Notes under the pieces: generated by a model
What the model was told of the DNA's origin: nothing
The model's database searches: none
What the model saw: the letters and a program-made list of their open reading frames with translations, nothing else
Shown here: positions 55,346-64,000 of the stretch, one piece after another
Layout of the letters: every line of letters starts with the position of its first letter
How positions within the stretch are numbered: position 1 is the stretch's first letter
Source of the DNA: Candidatus Sericytochromatia bacterium
GTDB taxonomy: Bacteria > Cyanobacteriota > Sericytochromatia > S15B-MN24 > VGJW01
Length of the DNA: 64,000 nucleotides
Assembly (NCBI GenBank): GCA_035285865.1
Contig: JAYKHS010000014.1
Span: 32,001 to 96,000, forward strand
Reading direction: 5' to 3'
Translations under genes and position numbers: made by a program

Positions 55346-56845
55346 ATGTTCAAGCCGGAGATGGGCGTCCGCTCCCCGTCGGGCCTGCTCAGGCACAAGG
55401 GGCTGACGGGCGAGTTGCCGGCCATCGACGGTGGCGAGAATCCGCAGGAGGCTCGCGCGGCCAAGGCCCCCAATCGGCCATCCCCCGGACCTTCGGCCAC
55501 GACGCAGGACGGCTTCGCGGGCAGCCGGGATTGGCAAGCGGCCATCGACAGGATGGCTTCCGGATTGACCCGGGGGCCGGTGGACGCTCCTGTCGGCGAG
55601 CCGACGCCGGCTCCGAGGCCGTTGCCACAGGCCGCCGAGCCGAATCCCGCGGAGCCGCTCCCGGCGTTCCGCAGGGGAACCGCCCAGCAGATCCAGGCGA
55701 CATTCATCGCCCAGTCCTACGGTGGTGGCGGACACCCCATGGCGGCTGTTCCCGAGGATCTGGCCAAGCGTCTGGGCGGCGATGGGCAGGCCCTCAGGGC
55801 GCTTGAACTGCTGATGGTCCGCGGCATTGCCGAGCGGATGGACAGTCGCGGGAACCGGGTGATCGATCACCTGCGTGCCATCCTCGACATGCCCGTCGTC
55901 GCCGGACGTCCCAGCCCGTTGCAGGTCGCACGGGAGCTGATGGACGGCCTGTTGTCCCCCCACAGCATCCAGCAGGGGCAGGGGACCTTCAGCTGCACGG
56001 CCGCGACCATCCAGGGCATCCTCGCCAGCACGAATCCCGGTGAGTATATGCGCGTGGTCCGGGGCCTCGTCTTCGAGGGTGAGGTCCAGACTCAGGGCGG
56101 GGATGTCTTGAAGGCCGATCTGCGTGGCCTGAAGGTGGACGAGGGGCGGAACGTCACCGAAGACATTTTCCAGGAGTCCGTGATGGCCTTCGGGAAGGCC
56201 ATGGGGGACGGTGGTGGTACCAGAACCTATGGCAACGGTTCCTACGGCAGCGGCAGCATGCCGCGGACACCTGCCCAGTCCCCTGCCTCCGGTGCAGCCC
56301 AGCCGAAGGCCCCGCCTCAGGCGCCCGCAAGCGGCAGCAAGGCCGGGGCGGTCAAGCCCCCGCCACCGCCCCAGCGTCGGTGGGGATCCGAACTGGGTGG
56401 CGGTCACGATGGGCTGACGTCGGCTCAATTCACCGGCATCGTGCAGTCGCTGACCGGTCAGAAGTCCGCGGCCATGGAGCCCAGCGACGGTTTCACCAGG
56501 CAGGCGATGCTCGCGATTCTGGGCGAGCTGCTGCACAACGGTCCGGTTGCCGTCGGCATCGCCGGGACCGACAACGAGGGCAAGCCCACGATGCACGCGG
56601 TTCGCGTGACGGCGAGTGCCAACGGCGTCATCACCTTCGAGGACTCGGGCACCGGCGAGTCGAAGTCGGCACCCGTCGATGAGTTCCACTCCAGACTCAA
56701 GATGATCATGGTGCCTTTCGAGGAGTACGACCGCCTGACCGGACTGGGCCTCAGCACCGGCCTGCGCACGATGCCCAGCGGTGGTGGCGGTGGGGGTGGT
56801 GGCGGTCTGGTCGGGCCGAGCGCCGGCCGCATGGCCCTGAAGTAG
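55346..56845 (+). CDS. Hypothetical protein with possible papain-like cysteine peptidase triad
   Basis: IQQG..TFSCTAAT, MHAVRV, FEDS; Pro/Gly-rich linkers; start uncertain (55301 or 55346). Confidence 0.55.
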   Translation: MFKPEMGVRSPSGLLRHKGLTGELPAIDGGENPQEARAAKAPNRPSPGPSATTQDGFAGSRDWQAAIDRMASGLTRGPVDAPVGEPTPAPRPLPQAAEPNPAEPLPAFRRGTAQQIQATFIAQSYGGGGHPMAAVPEDLAKRLGGDGQALRALELLMVRGIAERMDSRGNRVIDHLRAILDMPVVAGRPSPLQVARELMDGLLSPHSIQQGQGTFSCTAATIQGILASTNPGEYMRVVRGLVFEGEVQTQGGDVLKADLRGLKVDEGRNVTEDIFQESVMAFGKAMGDGGGTRTYGNGSYGSGSMPRTPAQSPASGAAQPKAPPQAPASGSKAGAVKPPPPPQRRWGSELGGGHDGLTSAQFTGIVQSLTGQKSAAMEPSDGFTRQAMLAILGELLHNGPVAVGIAGTDNEGKPTMHAVRVTASANGVITFEDSGTGESKSAPVDEFHSRLKMIMVPFEEYDRLTGLGLSTGLRTMPSGGGGGGGGGLVGPSAGRMALK

Positions 56846-57028
56846 GCCTGTTTCCGGCTTGCAGGTGCCTGCGGCCCTGCGTTCCTCGCCACGCGGTCCC
56901 GTCCTTCCCGGCAAGGCGTCCCGGCCGTGCTACCATGGGCGCAATCGGGCACAGGGAAAGCATCGTGGCCCCCTGTCGGCGGCTCGGTGAGGCCGCCGGT
57001 ATCCGTGCCCGGATCAGAGGCCTCGACC

Positions 57029-58585
57029 ATGAAGTTGCCCCTCGATGAAGCCAAGGTGGCCTACGCCAGAGCCTTGGCGGAACGTGTCGTGTCGCCCCTG
57101 CTGGGCTCGTTCGCGCAGCGGTCCACCGTATCCATCGAACGGGCGGTGCTGCGCCTCTACGGCGTGGATGGCGTCGATGCCGAGGATATCCCCTGGCCCA
57201 ATCGCGTGGTGGATCGCCTGAAGCAGGACGGTCATCTGGCTGCGGGGGCGGCTCTGGCACTCGGGGCCACGGTCCTTGCGACCGCTCTCCCGGTTCAGGA
57301 CGCGGCGGTGCATCTGGCCGAGCATGGGCTCGGGGTCGATCTTGCCAATCCTGCTGTCGCCGGTTCGGCGCGGGACTGGGCGGATATCGAGGCGCGCAGG
57401 GCCCTCATGCAGCTTGCAGCGAGCCGCAAGGTCCGCAGGGAGATGCGGCAGCGTCTGGGGACCGGGCCCGCTCCCCAGAAGTACCTGATCGTGGCCACGG
57501 GCAACATTCACGAGGATGTGCCGCAGGGCGTCATGGCGGCGAGGCAGGGTGCCGACGTCATCGCCGTCATCCGCTCGACGGGTCAGAGCCTGCTCGACTT
57601 CGTGCCTTATGGCGAGACCACCTACGGTACGGGGGGCACCTATGCCACCGGCGCCAACTTCCGTCTGATGCGGCAGGCTCTGGACGAGGTCGGCGAGGAA
57701 CTGGGCCGCTATATCCAGCTCACCAACTATGCCTCCGGCCTGTGCATGCCCGAGATCAGTGTCCTTGCGGCACAGGAGGGCCTGGACATGCTGCTCAACG
57801 ACGCGTTGTACGGCATCCTGTTCCGAGACATCAACATCCATCGGACGCTGACGGACCAGCATTTCAGTCGCATGCTCAACGCCTTCAGCGGCATCATCAT
57901 CAATACCGGCGAAGACAACTACCTGACGACAGCGGATGCCTACGAAGAAGGCCATACCGTCCTTGCCAGCCAGTTCATCAACGAGCGTTTCGCCAAGGCA
58001 GCCGGCATGCCGGAGTCCCTCATGGGGCTGGGCCATGCCTTCGAGATGAATCCGAACACCGAGGACGGCTTGCTCTACGAGATCGCGATGGCACAACTGG
58101 TCCGCCAGGTCTTCCCCGAGGCCCCGATCAAATGGATGCCTCCGACAAAGCATGTGACGGGCAACATCTTCTGGACTTACGCACACAACACGATGTTCAA
58201 TCTGGTGGGGGTGCTGACTGGGCAGTCCATCGAACTGCTCGGCATCCTGACGGAGGCCATCCACACACCCTTCGCCTCGGATCGTTACCTGGCCCTGCAG
58301 AACGCGGACTATGTGAACCGCTATGCGCGACACCTGTCCGAGGAGATCCGGTATGCCCCGGACGGACGCATCGCACGGCGTGCCGCTCAGGTTCTCGACG
58401 AAGCGGTGACTTTGCTGGAGCACGTGGCCGAGGATGGCCTGGTGCCGTCCGTCGCCAAGGCCGTGTTCGCAGGCGTGACCCGCCTGCCCGACGGTGGCAA
58501 GGGCCTCGCCGGAGTCTTCGACCGGGCGGAAGGCTACCACAATCCCTTCGAGGTCCTTCTGGCCCGTCAGGAGGTGCGCGTATGA
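57029..58585 (+). CDS. kamD: Lysine 5,6-aminomutase alpha subunit
   Basis: [56 protein letters not shown]. Confidence 0.93.
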   Translation: MKLPLDEAKVAYARALAERVVSPLLGSFAQRSTVSIERAVLRLYGVDGVDAEDIPWPNRVVDRLKQDGHLAAGAALALGATVLATALPVQDAAVHLAEHGLGVDLANPAVAGSARDWADIEARRALMQLAASRKVRREMRQRLGTGPAPQKYLIVATGNIHEDVPQGVMAARQGADVIAVIRSTGQSLLDFVPYGETTYGTGGTYATGANFRLMRQALDEVGEELGRYIQLTNYASGLCMPEISVLAAQEGLDMLLNDALYGILFRDINIHRTLTDQHFSRMLNAFSGIIINTGEDNYLTTADAYEEGHTVLASQFINERFAKAAGMPESLMGLGHAFEMNPNTEDGLLYEIAMAQLVRQVFPEAPIKWMPPTKHVTGNIFWTYAHNTMFNLVGVLTGQSIELLGILTEAIHTPFASDRYLALQNADYVNRYARHLSEEIRYAPDGRIARRAAQVLDEAVTLLEHVAEDGLVPSVAKAVFAGVTRLPDGGKGLAGVFDRAEGYHNPFEVLLARQEVRV

Positions 58586-59358
58586 CCGGCATCCGCGAGG
58601 CCGATCTGGAGCGTCTGAAGCCCTACGGCGACACCATGGACGACGGCAAGACGCAGTTGTCCTTCTCCTTGCCGGTCCCGGCCGGACCCGAGGCTGCGGA
58701 GGCCGCGAAGCGCCTCGTCCTCGCGCACGGTTTCGCCGATCCCATGATGGTCCGCATGGAGCCGATGGGGCCCACCATGAGCTTCTTCGTGTTCTACGGG
58801 GCCATGCAGCAGACCGTCGACTACAAGAACCTCGTCGTGCCGAAGGCCGAGTTCGAGGCGTTGGACATGCACCAGATCGACGACCTCATCGAGCGCGAGT
58901 TCGGCCGCCGGCTGGTGGTCGTGGGTGCCTGCCCCGGAACCGATGCCCACACCGTCGGCATCGACGCCATCATGAACATGAAGGGCTACAACGGGCACTA
59001 CGGCCTCGAACGCTACCGCATGGTGAAGGCCGTCAACATGGGCGCTCAGATTCCCCCCGAGGCGCTCGTGGCCCGGGCCATCTCCGAGAATGCCGATGCC
59101 ATCTTGGCTTCTGTCGTGGTTACGCAGAAGGACCTCCACATCACGACGCTGACCGAGTTGGTCGAGGTCATGGAGGCCGAAGGTGTCCGGGATCGGATGT
59201 TGGCCATCGTCGGAGGCCCCCGGATGACCTACGACCTCGCCACCGAACTGGGCTTCGATGCCGGTTTCGGTCCCGGCAGTTATGCCGAGGATGTGGCCGC
59301 CTATGTCGCGCAGGAGTTGCTGCGGCGTCAGGGCAAGCCGATGGCCGCCAACGTCTGA
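58582..59358 (+). CDS. kamE: Lysine 5,6-aminomutase beta subunit (B12-binding)
   Basis: [23 protein letters not shown] cobalamin motif, MNMKG (PLP Lys), YGLERY. Confidence 0.93.
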   Translation: MTGIREADLERLKPYGDTMDDGKTQLSFSLPVPAGPEAAEAAKRLVLAHGFADPMMVRMEPMGPTMSFFVFYGAMQQTVDYKNLVVPKAEFEALDMHQIDDLIEREFGRRLVVVGACPGTDAHTVGIDAIMNMKGYNGHYGLERYRMVKAVNMGAQIPPEALVARAISENADAILASVVVTQKDLHITTLTELVEVMEAEGVRDRMLAIVGGPRMTYDLATELGFDAGFGPGSYAEDVAAYVAQELLRRQGKPMAANV

Positions 59359-59387
59359 TCGCAAGCCTGCACCAGGAGAACCCGACC

Positions 59388-59789
59388 TTGGACACTCCCA
59401 TCACCGCGACCCTGCGTGTCCGCATGGGTGCGCACGATGCGCATTACGCCGGTGGCCTGGTGGCCGGGGCAAAGATGCTGGAGCTCTTCGGGGACGTGGC
59501 CACCGAACTGCTGATTCGCCGCGACGGCGACGAAGGCCTGTTCGCGGGCTACTCCGACGTGAAATTCCTCGCCCCGGTGCATGCCGGTGACTACATCGAG
59601 GCCGAGGGTCGGATCGTGCGTGAGGGCAACACGTCCCGCACGATGGAGTTCGTGGCCCGCAAGGTCATCGCCCCGACGCGGGGCGATGGCTTGGCCGAAT
59701 CCGCCGCCGATCTGCTGCGGGAGCCCGTCATCGTCTGCACGGCGACCGGCACGTGTGTCACACCCAAAGCCTGTCAGCGTCTCGGCTGA
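59388..59789 (+). CDS. kal: 3-aminobutyryl-CoA ammonia-lyase (hotdog fold)
   Basis: [49 protein letters not shown] aggag. Confidence 0.9.
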   Translation: MDTPITATLRVRMGAHDAHYAGGLVAGAKMLELFGDVATELLIRRDGDEGLFAGYSDVKFLAPVHAGDYIEAEGRIVREGNTSRTMEFVARKVIAPTRGDGLAESAADLLREPVIVCTATGTCVTPKACQRLG

Positions 59790-59861
59790 GCCCCTCGCAA
59801 GAGGTTCGCGGCCGTGACGGGTCACGTCGCGCGGACAGGTGCAGGGCCCGGGGGGGACGCG

Positions 59862-61340
59862 TCAGGGGGCGCCTTGGCCGGTCGCAGCCAGCAACTGGGC
59901 CTCTGCCACCGCCAATTCGGCTTCGGCGTCCACGACGGACTGCCGAGCCTGAGCGGCGGCCATCTCCCGGAGATTGACCAGCAGCAGCGTGCCGAGACCC
60001 TGCGCGAAGCGCTGGCGTTCGCCCTCGGCCACCCGTTCCGCAACGGCCGCCGCTTCCCGGGCCTGGGCGCGGGCTTCGGTTGCCCTGCGCAGGGCCGAGA
60101 GCGCGTCTTGGACTTCGAGCCGAATCTGGTCCCGCGTCTGACGGAATTCCGCGTCCAGGACCCCGAGATCCGCGCGGGCCGCCTCGGCGCGCCCTCTGGC
60201 TTCGCGCTGGCCGAGGGGGACCTGGAAGGTCACGCCAAGTTCGAGGGCGGGCTCCCCGAGGATGCGGACGGGCTGGCCGTTGGCCTGCGGCAGGCCGGCA
60301 TCGACGGCCCCCATTGCCGAGACATCCACGCGCGGGGCCACCTGGTTCTCGGCCAGTCGAAGCTGCACCAACCCTGCTTCCTGCAGGGCCTGCCAGCGCA
60401 CGAGTTCCGGACGGCGCGCCATGGCTTGCTGTAGAGCCTCCTCCTGAGTCATCCGGGTCGTCGCGTGTCCGGAGAGCCGACTCCAGTCCGCGGGTGCCCG
60501 ATCGGGCGTGGGGACCTGCGGCACCCCAGCTTGATCCCGCCAATGGAAGCCGAGCGCGAGGGCGGAACGCTCCAGCGCGCGCAGCGCGGTCACGACGCCC
60601 TGGCGGCGCTCGAGCACGGCTCTGCGGTTCTCGAGGTGCTCCAGGGCCGGCAAGGCTCCTGCCCCGACCCTTGCCCCGATCTGGGCGTCGCGATCCTCGG
60701 CCAGGGCCAGCAGGTCGCGAGCCACTTGCAACCGTCCGGCGGCGGCTGTCCAGCGAATCCACGCCTCGGATGCCGCGAGCCTCACGCGGAGGCGCGGTAC
60801 GGCCGCCTCGGCGCGTGCCGCCGCAGCCACCCTTGCGGTCCGTTCGATGCCGGCCCGGCGGGCATCTACGGGGCCATCGCGCAGCAGGGGAAGCGAGACC
60901 CCGGCCCGGAACTCTCCGGCATCGAGCGTTTCCAGATGGCCGTAGTAACCGGGGATGGCACTGCCTTGAAAGGCCTGTCCGAGGCGCCAGCCCGCAGTCA
61001 GGGACGCGCCTTGCAGCGGCGTGGCCTGCGAGAGGATGAAGTCCGAACGTCCGTAGCGGTAGTAGCCGGCCGGGGCGGCCCAGCCGTTGGCCTGGACCTG
61101 AAGATCGAAGGCACCGTGTGCGGCCTGCTCCTGCCCTTCAGCGGCCCGTACCCGTGCGTCGGCGGCCACCAGCGCCGGATGCCGCCCCTCAAGGGACGCC
61201 AGGACTTCCGAGAGCATCAGCGGGGACGCTCCACCAAGGGCAGGACCTCGGTCGAATGCCTCCAGGGGGGCCAGCGGCGCAGGGCCCAGCACGGTGGCCA
61301 CGGCCGCGACGCCGACGAGGCGATGGGCCCGGTGCGCCAT
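59862..61340 (-). CDS. TolC-family outer membrane channel
   Basis: HP.L.AA, GAFD, SLPLLR, RRPEL, ERQRF.QG...LLLVNLRE. Confidence 0.85.
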   Translation of the reverse strand: MAHRAHRLVGVAAVATVLGPAPLAPLEAFDRGPALGGASPLMLSEVLASLEGRHPALVAADARVRAAEGQEQAAHGAFDLQVQANGWAAPAGYYRYGRSDFILSQATPLQGASLTAGWRLGQAFQGSAIPGYYGHLETLDAGEFRAGVSLPLLRDGPVDARRAGIERTARVAAAARAEAAVPRLRVRLAASEAWIRWTAAAGRLQVARDLLALAEDRDAQIGARVGAGALPALEHLENRRAVLERRQGVVTALRALERSALALGFHWRDQAGVPQVPTPDRAPADWSRLSGHATTRMTQEEALQQAMARRPELVRWQALQEAGLVQLRLAENQVAPRVDVSAMGAVDAGLPQANGQPVRILGEPALELGVTFQVPLGQREARGRAEAARADLGVLDAEFRQTRDQIRLEVQDALSALRRATEARAQAREAAAVAERVAEGERQRFAQGLGTLLLVNLREMAAAQARQSVVDAEAELAVAEAQLLAATGQGAP

Positions 61341-62689
61341 CAGGGCGCATCCTCCGCTTCGGAACCGGCCGGCTTGGACCCGGGAGTTTTTTCCTTCGCG
61401 TCCTCGGGAGCACGGGCGAGACTGGGCGGAAAGCCGTTGAACTGTCGCCACAGCTCGTACCCGAGGGGCACGACCTCGAGCAGCACCCAACCATGTACCA
61501 GCACGCCCTGGCGCAGGTAGGTGGCCGAGGGCCACGGTGCGTCTGCGGGATCCGGGGTGACGACGACCCGGAAGTCGCCCTTGCCGTCGTCGGCGGCATC
61601 GACGAAGGCGACCCTACCCCCGAAGGTGCCGACGGCTACCGAGGGCCAGCCGACGAACTGTACGGCCGGCCAGCCTTCGAATTGCAGCCGAACCTTGCGC
61701 CCAGGGGCAATCAAGGAAGCGTCGTTGCCATCGACCGTGATGGCCACGGCACGGTCCCGGGTTTCGGGGACCAGCGTCAGCAGGGGTTCGCCCGCCTTGA
61801 TGAGCTCGCCGCCCTGGCCCGTCATCACGCGGGTCACCATGCCGGCACGGGGCGCACGGACCTGCTGGGTCGCCTGCCTCGCCAACCCCGTCTCTGCGCG
61901 CAGCAGCGTGGTCCGGGCAGCCTGCAGGTCGGTACGTGCCGCCTGCACGGCAGCACGCGCACCCTGGGTCTCGGCCAGCAAAGTGGCATCGGCCTGTCCG
62001 ACTGCGGCTCGAGCTCCGGCGAGGGCTGCCTCTGCGGCTGCTCGTTGGGCCAGGGCAGCATCCCGGCCTGTCCGAGCACGAGCCTCTGCGGCAATGGCCA
62101 GTTCGAGGTCGCGCTGGGCCACAAGGCCCTTGAGGACGAGCTGGCGATGGCGCTTCAGGTTCAGGGTGCTGGCCTCCAGCTCCGCCTCGGCTGCACCCAC
62201 GGCCTGGATGGCCGCGTCCCTGCGGGCCGTAGCTTCCGTCAGGCGTGCTGCCGCCCCCCGGGCCGACTCGCGTTGCAGCGCGGCGACCGATCGTTGCCGA
62301 TCGTCGAGGGAAGCGACACGGTCGGCCAGCTCGGCGACGCGGTTTGCGGCCAGGTCCCTTTCGTTGGCCAGGCGCTCGAGCCTCCGCGGGTCCACATCCC
62401 GAATCTCGATCAGGGGGTCCCCCGCACGCACCCTATCGCCTTCGCGAACGCGGACCGCCGCGAGTACGCCGTCCACCGGGGCATCGACGCGCTGCTGTCG
62501 CGCGACCGGTGCGAAGGCGACCACCTTGCCGTCCCCGGCGACGTTCTGTTGCCACGGTGCCAAGGTGGCGGCCGTGAGCAGGATCAGGAAGACCTTCGCC
62601 AGTCGTCTGGCCACGCGGCGCGCCGAGGTCGTCCCGGGAACCTGTTCCCAGACGGGCAGGCGCCCGAGCGGGAAGTCGGACGGTTTCAC
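61340..62689 (-). CDS. HlyD-family membrane fusion protein
   Basis: PWQQ, APVDG..VREGDRV, coiled coil, VRLQFEGWPAVQFVGWP. Confidence 0.88.
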   Translation of the reverse strand: MKPSDFPLGRLPVWEQVPGTTSARRVARRLAKVFLILLTAATLAPWQQNVAGDGKVVAFAPVARQQRVDAPVDGVLAAVRVREGDRVRAGDPLIEIRDVDPRRLERLANERDLAANRVAELADRVASLDDRQRSVAALQRESARGAAARLTEATARRDAAIQAVGAAEAELEASTLNLKRHRQLVLKGLVAQRDLELAIAAEARARTGRDAALAQRAAAEAALAGARAAVGQADATLLAETQGARAAVQAARTDLQAARTTLLRAETGLARQATQQVRAPRAGMVTRVMTGQGGELIKAGEPLLTLVPETRDRAVAITVDGNDASLIAPGRKVRLQFEGWPAVQFVGWPSVAVGTFGGRVAFVDAADDGKGDFRVVVTPDPADAPWPSATYLRQGVLVHGWVLLEVVPLGYELWRQFNGFPPSLARAPEDAKEKTPGSKPAGSEAEDAP

Positions 62690-64000
62690 GCCTCTCCTCC
62701 TTCCAGTCGACCCTCGCGGAGCGACCGGGCTTTGCCAAGACGCTGCCGGACACGCGCGTCATCGGAGGCCACGACAAGCGTCCACGGCTGGTCGGCTCGG
62801 ACAAGGAAGGGACAGAGATGCTCGAGGACGGTCTCGGGGAGGCCATCGAGCGTGCCGTCAAGCAACAGCAACGTAGGACTTGCGACGGCGGCGCGCGCCA
62901 CGGCGAGGCGCACGCACGCCGGGGCATCGAGGGGCTTGCCCTCGGCCTGAAGTTCGGTGTCGAGTCCTTCGGGCAGCAGCTCTGCATCAAGCCCGACTTC
63001 AAGGAGCCAGGCGCTGGCCCGGCCTCGGGTCAAGGTTTCGTCGCCCATCGCCAGATTCTCGAGGATGGTCCCGGAAAACAGCGCCGGTCGTCCGATGAGC
63101 ATCACGCGCCGATGGATGTCCTGGGGCGCGATGTCGCGCACGTCGCGGCCCTCGAGTGCCACCACTCCCTGGTCGGGCTGGCGTAGGCCGGCAAGCAGTT
63201 CGAGCAGGCGGGTCCGGCCGGCCCGATCCGGGCCTTGCAGCACGAGCCGGCCGCCAGCGTCGACCGCCAGATCGAGATCCTGCAGGATCGGTCTGCCCGC
63301 ATCGGCGCACGAGATGCCGGTCAGGCGGAGACTTGTCCTGTCCGGCAGATCGACCCCGTCTCCGTCGAGATTCTCGACCTCCAGATCCACCACATAGCCG
63401 ACCTTGTCCACGGCTGCGAGGAGGTCATAGAACGATTCCAGATACTTGCCAAGCTGCACCAGCGCCCCGACCAATGCCGTGACGACCAGTTCCGCCGCCA
63501 CCAGCTGCCCGAGGGTGATGGCCCGTTCCATCACCAGCCAGCCGCCGGCTCCAAGGGCGACGGCACTGGCCACGGCGTAAAGCGTCAGGACTCCTGCGGT
63601 CTGGCCGAACAGCACGCGAAAGTGCTTCCTGCGGGCTTCCAGATATCCTGATGCCAGCAGGTCGACCTTCTGGCGCACCCAAGCCGGGCCTGAGGCCAGC
63701 TTGACAGCCTCCGGGTGCTGCGCGATCTCCTGCAGCAGGGCCACCATCGCGTACTTCGCGCTGCTCTCGACGCGTGCCGTCTCTCCCCCGATGCGGATGC
63801 GCCCGAAAACCAGGACTCCGACCAACACCACCAGCACCAGGTCGAAGACCAGGAAGGCCGGGTGGTAGAGCGCCAGCACGAGGGTGCCGACCAGCAGGGT
63901 CAGGACCACCTCGACGCCTCCGAGCAGGAGGCTCACGGACTTCTTCTGGATGATGAACACATCGAAGAACCGATTCAGCACTTCGGGCGGGTGGCGGCCG
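62686..64000 (-). CDS. Type I secretion ABC transporter subunit with degenerate NBD (5' part outside window)
   Basis: NRFFD, ITLGQLVAAE TMD; Walker A altered to GPDRAGRT; Walker B LLLLDG. Confidence 0.8.
   Translation of the reverse strand, partial: GRHPPEVLNRFFDVFIIQKKSVSLLLGGVEVVLTLLVGTLVLALYHPAFLVFDLVLVVLVGVLVFGRIRIGGETARVESSAKYAMVALLQEIAQHPEAVKLASGPAWVRQKVDLLASGYLEARRKHFRVLFGQTAGVLTLYAVASAVALGAGGWLVMERAITLGQLVAAELVVTALVGALVQLGKYLESFYDLLAAVDKVGYVVDLEVENLDGDGVDLPDRTSLRLTGISCADAGRPILQDLDLAVDAGGRLVLQGPDRAGRTRLLELLAGLRQPDQGVVALEGRDVRDIAPQDIHRRVMLIGRPALFSGTILENLAMGDETLTRGRASAWLLEVGLDAELLPEGLDTELQAEGKPLDAPACVRLAVARAAVASPTLLLLDGTLDGLPETVLEHLCPFLVRADQPWTLVVASDDARVRQRLGKARSLREGRLEGGEA

Noticed and set aside
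1..64000. tRNA, rRNA, CRISPR arrays, IS elements, prophage genes
   Set aside because: None recognised; intergenic spaces are short, and no regularly spaced repeats or transposase/integrase motifs were seen

Overview
High-GC bacterial chromosomal segment with about 60 densely packed genes. I saw no rRNA, tRNA, CRISPR array or recognisable transposase. Cyanobacteria-type SSB, an LpxB-related glycosyltransferase and a CBS-type tRNA nucleotidyltransferase occur alongside purely heterotrophic metabolism, which tentatively suggests a non-photosynthetic cyanobacterial relative such as Sericytochromatia (inference only). Housekeeping genes: ssb, dnaX, mltG, mnmG, ispF, pssA/psd, pepP, ygfZ, metH plus a yitJ-type fusion. 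Catabolic genes: hmgA, kynA, a lone E1-alpha, a paa-like cluster, ETF-QO, and B12-dependent lysine catabolism (kamB/kamD/kamE/kal). There are also envelope genes and a partial type I secretion operon. The standout is a tightly coupled seven-gene minus-strand operon (39815-44220) encoding an apparently complete ubiquitin-like conjugation cascade: GNAT-like protein, membrane protein, RING-like+OB-fold protein (candidate E3/sensor), E1, Ubl ending -AGA, E2 with HPH..C, and a JAB protease with a hydrophobic tail. Three of its proteins carry the same terminal [LI]EWR[DE] peptide. Other notable points are two paralogous small secreted His-terminal peptides flanking an Hsp20 gene, short AT-rich patches inside three coding sequences, and a low-GC orphan island. 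All calls come from motif reading by eye, with no database searches. Many start codons are estimates.
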